A stretch of 64,000 nucleotides of DNA, from contig CAVSIV010000002.1 in assembly GCA_963728205.1 (NCBI GenBank), positions 480,001-544,000 of the forward strand. Reading direction: 5' to 3'. The notes beneath the pieces are model-generated. The model was not told the origin of the DNA. It ran no database searches and was given only the letters and a program-made list of their open reading frames with translations. The stretch comes from an uncultured Chloroflexia bacterium. GTDB taxonomy: Bacteria; Chloroflexota; Dehalococcoidia; UBA2979. Position 1 is the stretch's first letter. The number at the start of each line of letters is the position of its first letter. Shown here piece after piece: positions 58,640 to 64,000 of this stretch. Made by a program: the position numbers and the translations under genes.

Positions 58640-59386
58640 TCACAGGATCGCGAGCGCGGCCCCCAGCGCGGCGGTCGTCGCCGTCAGCGCCAGGAGCGCC
58701 ATCGACAGCCGCCGGAACGCGACCTCGGATAGCCGCGGCCGCAGCAGGCGGCCGCTCGCGATGCCGAGCGCGATCGCCGGCAGCCCCACGACCACGAAGG
58801 CCCACACGTCGGGCGTCAGGACCCCGCCGATCAGCGCCATCGGGATGCCCGGCAGGCCGAAGAACGCGAAGTAGGCAAACAGCCGGCGGCGAATCGTCGC
58901 CGCGTCGCCCCCGAGCCAGTGCTGGTAGAGGACCACCGGCGGCCCGCCCATGCCCGTCGCGCCGCGCAGCACCCCCGAGAGCAGGCCCGTGGGCACCATC
59001 AGCGCGACGCGGTTCGGGCGCGCCGGGTGCTCCCCGCCGGCGCGCCCCAGGTTGATCGCGGCGCCGGCGACCACGGCGGCACCCACCAGCACGCGCAACG
59101 CCGCCTCATTCACGTGCACGAGGAGGACGAGCCCCAGCGGGAACGCCGCCAGCCCCGGCACCACGAGCGGCGCGATCGCCCGCAGTGGCTCGCGCGGCCG
59201 GTGCTCCCAGTACACGCCGAGCGAGAGCAGCGGGCTGAGCACAATCGAAGTCGCCACCGCCGCGTGCGGCCCGACGACGAACGCCGCGAGCGGCGTGAAG
59301 ACGAGCGCGAACCCGAAGCCGAACGCGCTCTGCGTGAAGGCGGCGAGCAGCACCAGTGCGGCGACGGCGGCAAGTTCGGCGGGCAT
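58640..59386 (-). CDS. TauE/SafE family membrane transporter
   Basis: QSAFGFGFALV..P, GLLSGVL.GATGMGGPP. Confidence 0.88.
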   Translation of the reverse strand: MPAELAAVAALVLLAAFTQSAFGFGFALVFTPLAAFVVGPHAAVATSIVLSPLLSLGVYWEHRPREPLRAIAPLVVPGLAAFPLGLVLLVHVNEAALRVLVGAAVVAGAAINLGRAGGEHPARPNRVALMVPTGLLSGVLRGATGMGGPPVVLYQHWLGGDAATIRRRLFAYFAFFGLPGIPMALIGGVLTPDVWAFVVVGLPAIALGIASGRLLRPRLSEVAFRRLSMALLALTATTAALGAALAIL

Positions 59387-59612
59387 GCTCACGGCCTGCA
59401 CGGTAACCGCGCACCCGCGTGTGCGGCACCGCCCCGTCGAGCGGCGACCGGCCGCCCGCTGCCGTCCGGCCCGCGCCCCGGATTCGGCGGACGAAGGTCG
59501 AGCGCGCGCACGCCGAACGGCCCGTGATCGGCCGACGCCGGCCTGCCACCCTTGACGCATCCCTCACCGGGGACCGCAGGGCCGCGGGCCGCCGCGCCCT
59601 GCCGGAGGAGCC

Positions 59613-60722
59613 GTGGTCCGCTTCGCGCTGCGCAGCCTGCTCTACGACCGCGCCCGCCTCGCCATCGCCGTCGGCGGCGTGGGGTTCGCGGTGCTGCTCG
59701 TCCTCACCCTGCGCGGCATCTTCGACGGCACGATCGCGAAGTCGACCCTCTACACGGAGCGCGTGGGCGCCGACCTGTTCGTGACCCAGGCCGGCGTCGA
59801 GCACATGGCGCTCGCGACGCCGCTGCTCCCCGGAGCGCTGGAGGACGCGCTCGCCGCGGTCCCCGGCGTCGCGGAGGCCCGCGGCATCGTCCGCGTGCCC
59901 GCAATCGTCCGCGCCGGTGGCGCCGACATCTCGGCGAGCGTCGTCGGCTTCGACGTCGCCAGCGGCTTCGGCGGACCGTGGTCGCTCGCCGCCGGCACCG
60001 CGCGACTCGACCCCGACGGCGTCGTGCTCGACACCACCCTCGCGGCGCAGCACGGGCTGCGCCTCGGCGACACCGTCACGATCGCCGACCACGGCTTCCG
60101 GCTGGAGGGGCTCTCGCGCGACACCAACGCGCTCGCCCTCGGGCGCGACGTCTTCGTCGACCGCGACGTCGCGGCACAGTTGTTCCTTCAGCCGGGCATC
60201 GTCAACTTCGTGCTGGTGAAGGTCGCGCCCGGCGCCGACCCGCGCGCGGCGGCCGCCGCGATCGTGTCGGCGCATCCCGAGCTGGCGGCCCTTCTGCGCG
60301 ACGACCTGGTGGCGAACGATCGCGCCCTGTTCCGCGACCTCTTCGGCGTGCCCGTGAACGTGATGGCGTACATCGGCCTCGCCGTCGGGCTGCTCGTGAT
60401 CGGCCTCGCAACGTACGCGGCGGCGGTCGAGCGGGCGCACGACTTCGGCGTGCTGAAGGCGATCGGCGCATCGAACCTCTACCTGTACCGCGTCGTGATC
60501 GAGGTCGCGCTGGGCATCGGGGTCAGCGGGTTCGTGGCGGGCCTGGTGCTGGCCGTCGCGCTCGGGCCGCTGATCGTGCGCGTCGCGCCGGAGCTGGGCG
60601 TCACCGTCCGGGCGGCCTACGCCGCGCAGATCTTCGTGCTCGCGGTCGGGCTCAGCCTCGTCTCGGCGCTGCTGCCGGTCCGGCGCGTCGCCGGCCTCGA
60701 CCCCAAGGAAGCGTTCGCGTGA
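59613..60722 (+). CDS. ABC transporter permease (MacB/FtsX-like)
   Basis: N-terminal TM, extracytoplasmic domain, ER..DFGVLKAIGAS, RRVAGLDP. Confidence 0.92.
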   Translation: MVRFALRSLLYDRARLAIAVGGVGFAVLLVLTLRGIFDGTIAKSTLYTERVGADLFVTQAGVEHMALATPLLPGALEDALAAVPGVAEARGIVRVPAIVRAGGADISASVVGFDVASGFGGPWSLAAGTARLDPDGVVLDTTLAAQHGLRLGDTVTIADHGFRLEGLSRDTNALALGRDVFVDRDVAAQLFLQPGIVNFVLVKVAPGADPRAAAAAIVSAHPELAALLRDDLVANDRALFRDLFGVPVNVMAYIGLAVGLLVIGLATYAAAVERAHDFGVLKAIGASNLYLYRVVIEVALGIGVSGFVAGLVLAVALGPLIVRVAPELGVTVRAAYAAQIFVLAVGLSLVSALLPVRRVAGLDPKEAFA

Positions 60723-61438
60723 CCGCCGGCGCCGGCGGGAGCGACTGCGCAGGCACGGGCGCGCTCCCGCTGCGGCTCGTCGACGTGACGCGTCGGTACG
60801 GCGAGCCGCCGCGCGTCGTCACGGCGCTCGACCACGTGTCGCTCGAGGTGCGCACCGGCGAGGTCGTCGTCATCGTCGGTCCGTCCGGGAGCGGGAAGAC
60901 CACGCTGCTCTCCGTGGCCGGCTGCATGCTGCGACCGACGCACGGGCGCGTGGAGGTGATGGGCACGGCCGTCGACCGGCTGAGCGAGCGCCAGCTCCCG
61001 GCGGTGCGCGCGACGCACCTGGGACTGGTCTTCCAGTCGTTCAACCTGCTCGCGCCGCTGTCCGTCTTCGACAACGTGCTGATCGCGATGAACCTGGCGG
61101 GGCATCGCGGCCGCTCGGCGCGGGCGCGCGTCGAGGAGCTGCTCGCGGCGCTCGACATCGCGGACCGCGCCCGCTGGTGGCCACGCGACCTCAGCGGCGG
61201 CGAGCAACAACGCGTCGCGATCGCCCGCGCGCTCGCCAACCGGCCGGACCTCATCCTGGCCGACGAGCCGACGGCGAGCCTCGACGGCGCGGCGGGGGCG
61301 CGCGTGATGCGCCTGCTCGCCGGCGCCGTCCGCGACGGCCAGGCGCGCGCGCTCGTCGTCGTGACGCACGACCAGCGCATCCTCGACGCCGCCAATCGCG
61401 TCCTCACGATGGAGGACGGGCGGCTGTCTACGACGTAA
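60719..61438 (+). CDS. ABC transporter ATP-binding protein (LolD/MacB type)
   Basis: GPSGSGKTT, FQSFNL, LSGGEQQRVAIARAL, ADEPTASLD, VTHD. Confidence 0.95.
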   Translation: MTAGAGGSDCAGTGALPLRLVDVTRRYGEPPRVVTALDHVSLEVRTGEVVVIVGPSGSGKTTLLSVAGCMLRPTHGRVEVMGTAVDRLSERQLPAVRATHLGLVFQSFNLLAPLSVFDNVLIAMNLAGHRGRSARARVEELLAALDIADRARWWPRDLSGGEQQRVAIARALANRPDLILADEPTASLDGAAGARVMRLLAGAVRDGQARALVVVTHDQRILDAANRVLTMEDGRLSTT

Positions 61439-61647
61439 CGTCGCGGCAGGCGCCGGGCGGACTCGCAGGACTTCGCGCCGCCAGCGCCGCCTGCGCTCTT
61501 CGGCGGGTGCTGCACGCCAGATGCATCGGTGCTCGGTTGCGGTCACCCCGGGGCGCACGTAGGCTCGCGCCGAGCGCCGCGGGTGCGGCCGGCACCGCGC
61601 TCGCCCCGGCCTCACACCGATGATCGATGACGCGAACGGGGCTCCCG

Positions 61648-62493
61648 ATGTCCGTGATCGTGGTCGCAGGCACCGCCGCCGGCTCCGGCGCGACGACGAT
61701 CGCCGTCGGCATCGCCCATCGCCTCGCGTACGCCGGTCACGCGGTACGCCTCGAGCGGATCGCCGGCGACGCCGGCGCCGCGGCCGACGCTGCTTCCTTC
61801 GCCGCTCTCGAGATTGCGGGCGCCTCCGGCGCGCCGGTCGAGGCCACCGCGGTGAGCGCGCCGGCGAGCGGCGTGCTCGTGCTCGAGGCGCCCCCCGCGA
61901 GCGACTGGGCGGCGCTGGCGCAGCGGCTCGGCGCGAAGCTCGTCGTCGTGGGCGCGGAGGGCGCCCCCGCGCCCGCCGGCGGCATCGCGTTCGCCAACCA
62001 CACGCGCTCCACGGGGCTGCACGCCCTCGGCGAGGACCGCCTGCTCGCCGGCCCCACCGTGCGACGCCTGATCGAGGCGAGCGGCGCGCGCGTCCTCGCC
62101 GGCGGCGCTGACGGCGAGGACGCCGTCTGCGAGCACCTCGTCATCGGCGCCATCTCGCACGACTCCGACGAGCCCTACTTCCGCCGCTTCCCGCGCCCCG
62201 CGGTCGTCGCGCGCGCCGAGAAGGTTGACATCGCCCTCGCGGCGATGCGGGTGCGGCCCGTGTGCCTCATCCTCACCGGCGGCGGAGAGCCCAGCCCCTA
62301 CATCATCGACCGCGTCGCCTCGTCGCGAGACACGACGCTGCTGCTCGCCCCCGAGGGCACCGTCGAGACGATGCGCGACATCGAGGGCACCTTCGGCACC
62401 GTGCCGTTCTCGGGCGAGGCGAAGGTGGAGCGTGTCGGCGACCTCATGAAGATCGCCATCGATGATGCAACCGTGGCGACGCTCCTCGGCTAG
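61648..62493 (+). CDS. DRTGG-domain protein (phosphotransacetylase N-terminal-like), degenerate P-loop
   Basis: GSGATT.AVG, VIGA, DIALAA...CLILTGG. Confidence 0.72.
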   Translation: MSVIVVAGTAAGSGATTIAVGIAHRLAYAGHAVRLERIAGDAGAAADAASFAALEIAGASGAPVEATAVSAPASGVLVLEAPPASDWAALAQRLGAKLVVVGAEGAPAPAGGIAFANHTRSTGLHALGEDRLLAGPTVRRLIEASGARVLAGGADGEDAVCEHLVIGAISHDSDEPYFRRFPRPAVVARAEKVDIALAAMRVRPVCLILTGGGEPSPYIIDRVASSRDTTLLLAPEGTVETMRDIEGTFGTVPFSGEAKVERVGDLMKIAIDDATVATLLG

Positions 62494-62623
62494 GACGCCG
62501 CGCGCCGGCCCCGGCCGCCCCTACCCCGGCACCCCGCCGCCCGAGACCGCCTCTCGCCTGCCCTCCGACGTTCAGCGCGCGCGCAAGCGGCTTCGGCCCG
62601 GTGCGACGGCGTATGCTCGACGC

Positions 62624-63755
62624 ATGGACCTCAACTCGGGCCTGGTCCTCGGGCGGATCCGGGGCATCGCCATCCGCGTGCACTGGTCGTGGGCCCTCAT
62701 CTTCGCCCTCGTCGCGTGGTCGCTCGCCGACGGCGTGTTCAAGGACCTCTTCGTCAACTGGAGCGCGAGCGAGCGCTGGACCGCCGCGCTCATCACCTCG
62801 CTGGTGTTCTTCCTCTCGGTCCTCCTGCACGAGTTGTCCCACGCGTTCGTGGCACAGTCGCTGGGCATGTCCGTGCCGTCGATCACGCTGTTCATCTTCG
62901 GTGGCGTCTCCAGCCTCGGCGAGGAGATGAAGACGGCGAAGCAGGAGTTCCGCGTCGCCGTCGCCGGCCCGCTGATGTCGTGGGCGCTCGCGCTGATCTT
63001 CGGCGCGGTCTGGTTCATCTTCCGCGGCAACGACTTCGCGACGATCTCCGCGTACCTGGCGTGGATCAACTTCGTGCTCGGCGCGTTCAACCTGCTGCCC
63101 GGCTTCCCGCTCGACGGCGGTCGCGTCTTCCGCGCCATCGTGTGGTCGCGCACCAAGAGCCTCGTGCGCGCCACGCGCATCGCCTCGCGCGTCGGCTCGG
63201 GCATCGCGTGGCTGATGATCCTGCTCGGCGTCGCGGTGGTGATCTTCGGGAATCTGACCGGGCTCTGGTACGTCCTGATCGGACTCTTCCTGAAGTCGGC
63301 GTCCGAGGGCGCCTACCAGCAGATGGTCGTGGAGCGCTCGCTCGAGCACATCCGCGCGCGCGAGGTGATGCGCGATTCCGCCGGAGCCCGTCGGCGAGGA
63401 GTGGACGCTCCAGCGCATCGTCGACGAGCGCGTACTCATGCACGGCGAGCGCTGCGTGCTCGTCGGACACGACGGCGCAGTCACGGGCATCCTCACCACC
63501 TCGGATCTGACGAAGGTGCCGCGCGAGCACTGGCACGACACCGACGCGCGCGCCGCGATGGTGCCGGCAGAGCAGGTGATGGTGGTCTCGCCGAACGCGT
63601 CTGTCCTCGACGCGATGAAGCTGATGCAGCAGCACGACATCCACCAGGTGCCGGTGCTCGACGCCGGCCGTCTCGTCGGCCTGCTCACCCGCGCCGACGT
63701 GATCCGCCAGCTCGAGCTCCGCTCCGCCTTCTCCGCGGAGGCGATGCGCGGCTAA
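62624..63755 (+). CDS. M50 site-2 metalloprotease with C-terminal CBS pair; apparent +1 frameshift at ~63376
   Basis: HELSH, AGP, FNLLPGFPLDGGR; removing one T from GATTC 63374-63378 joins the CBS domains (GILTTSD, VGLLTRAD). Confidence 0.92.
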
Positions 63756-63792
63756 CGCGGCAGCCCGCGGCGGGCCCGTTCCGGGTGCGCGG

Positions 63793-64000
63793 CTACTTCC
63801 GCAGTCGCGCGAAGCTCAGCAGCAGCCGCTTCACGCCCTGGCCCTCGAAGGCCACCGTCACCTGCTGATCGCCCGGCACGATCTCGCAGGCGATCACCGT
63901 GCCGGGACCGAAGCGCTCGTGCACGACGCGCTCGCCCGCGCGGAAGGCCGGCGTCTCGACGTCGACCTCCTCCGGCTCGCGGCCGCCGCCGAAGCGGGTC
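63793..64000 (-). CDS. pcrA: C-terminal Tudor-like domain of PcrA/UvrD helicase (partial, enters from window end)
   Basis: FRAGERVVHERFGPGTV...VTVAFEGQGVKRLLLSFARLRK*. Confidence 0.85.
   Translation of the reverse strand, partial: TRFGGGREPEEVDVETPAFRAGERVVHERFGPGTVIACEIVPGDQQVTVAFEGQGVKRLLLSFARLRK

Noticed and set aside
148-63868. Many long Arg/Ala/Pro-rich ORFs in the track (e.g. 148-1677, 4252-7368, 49591-53547)
   Set aside because: Shadow frames of real genes in high-GC DNA with no recognisable motifs.

Overview
Very GC-rich bacterial chromosomal window. Gene content (F420-type LLM oxidoreductase, Tat-exported family-5 solute-binding lipoprotein, DRTGG protein, many CoA-dependent catabolic enzymes) suggests Chloroflexota/Dehalococcoidia; this is an inference. 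It holds about 50 protein genes and one tRNA-Phe(GAA). No rRNA, CRISPR array, integrase or transposase was seen. Highlights: (1) an ~8 kb amino-sugar glycan locus at 18.8-26.9 kb (UDP-HexNAc dehydrogenase, UDP-glucuronate-decarboxylase-like enzyme, processive GT2 synthase, SLT-like transglycosylase, a Trp-rich micro-ORF, glmS and a convergent Tat-secreted GH25 muramidase-like gene); (2) a structured leader motif that occurs twice in that locus, each time over a ribosome-binding site; (3) a ~3480-aa surface protein beside tRNA-Phe whose first two Ig-like repeats carry nested domains; (4) paired REP-like palindromes, two of which share flanks but have an inverted spacer; (5) four +1 frameshifts, three at CGATC read as CGATTC, probably methylation-linked sequencing errors; (6) an orphan ftsZ downstream of a Crp/Fnr regulator. 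Product calls come from reading motifs by eye, not from database searches.
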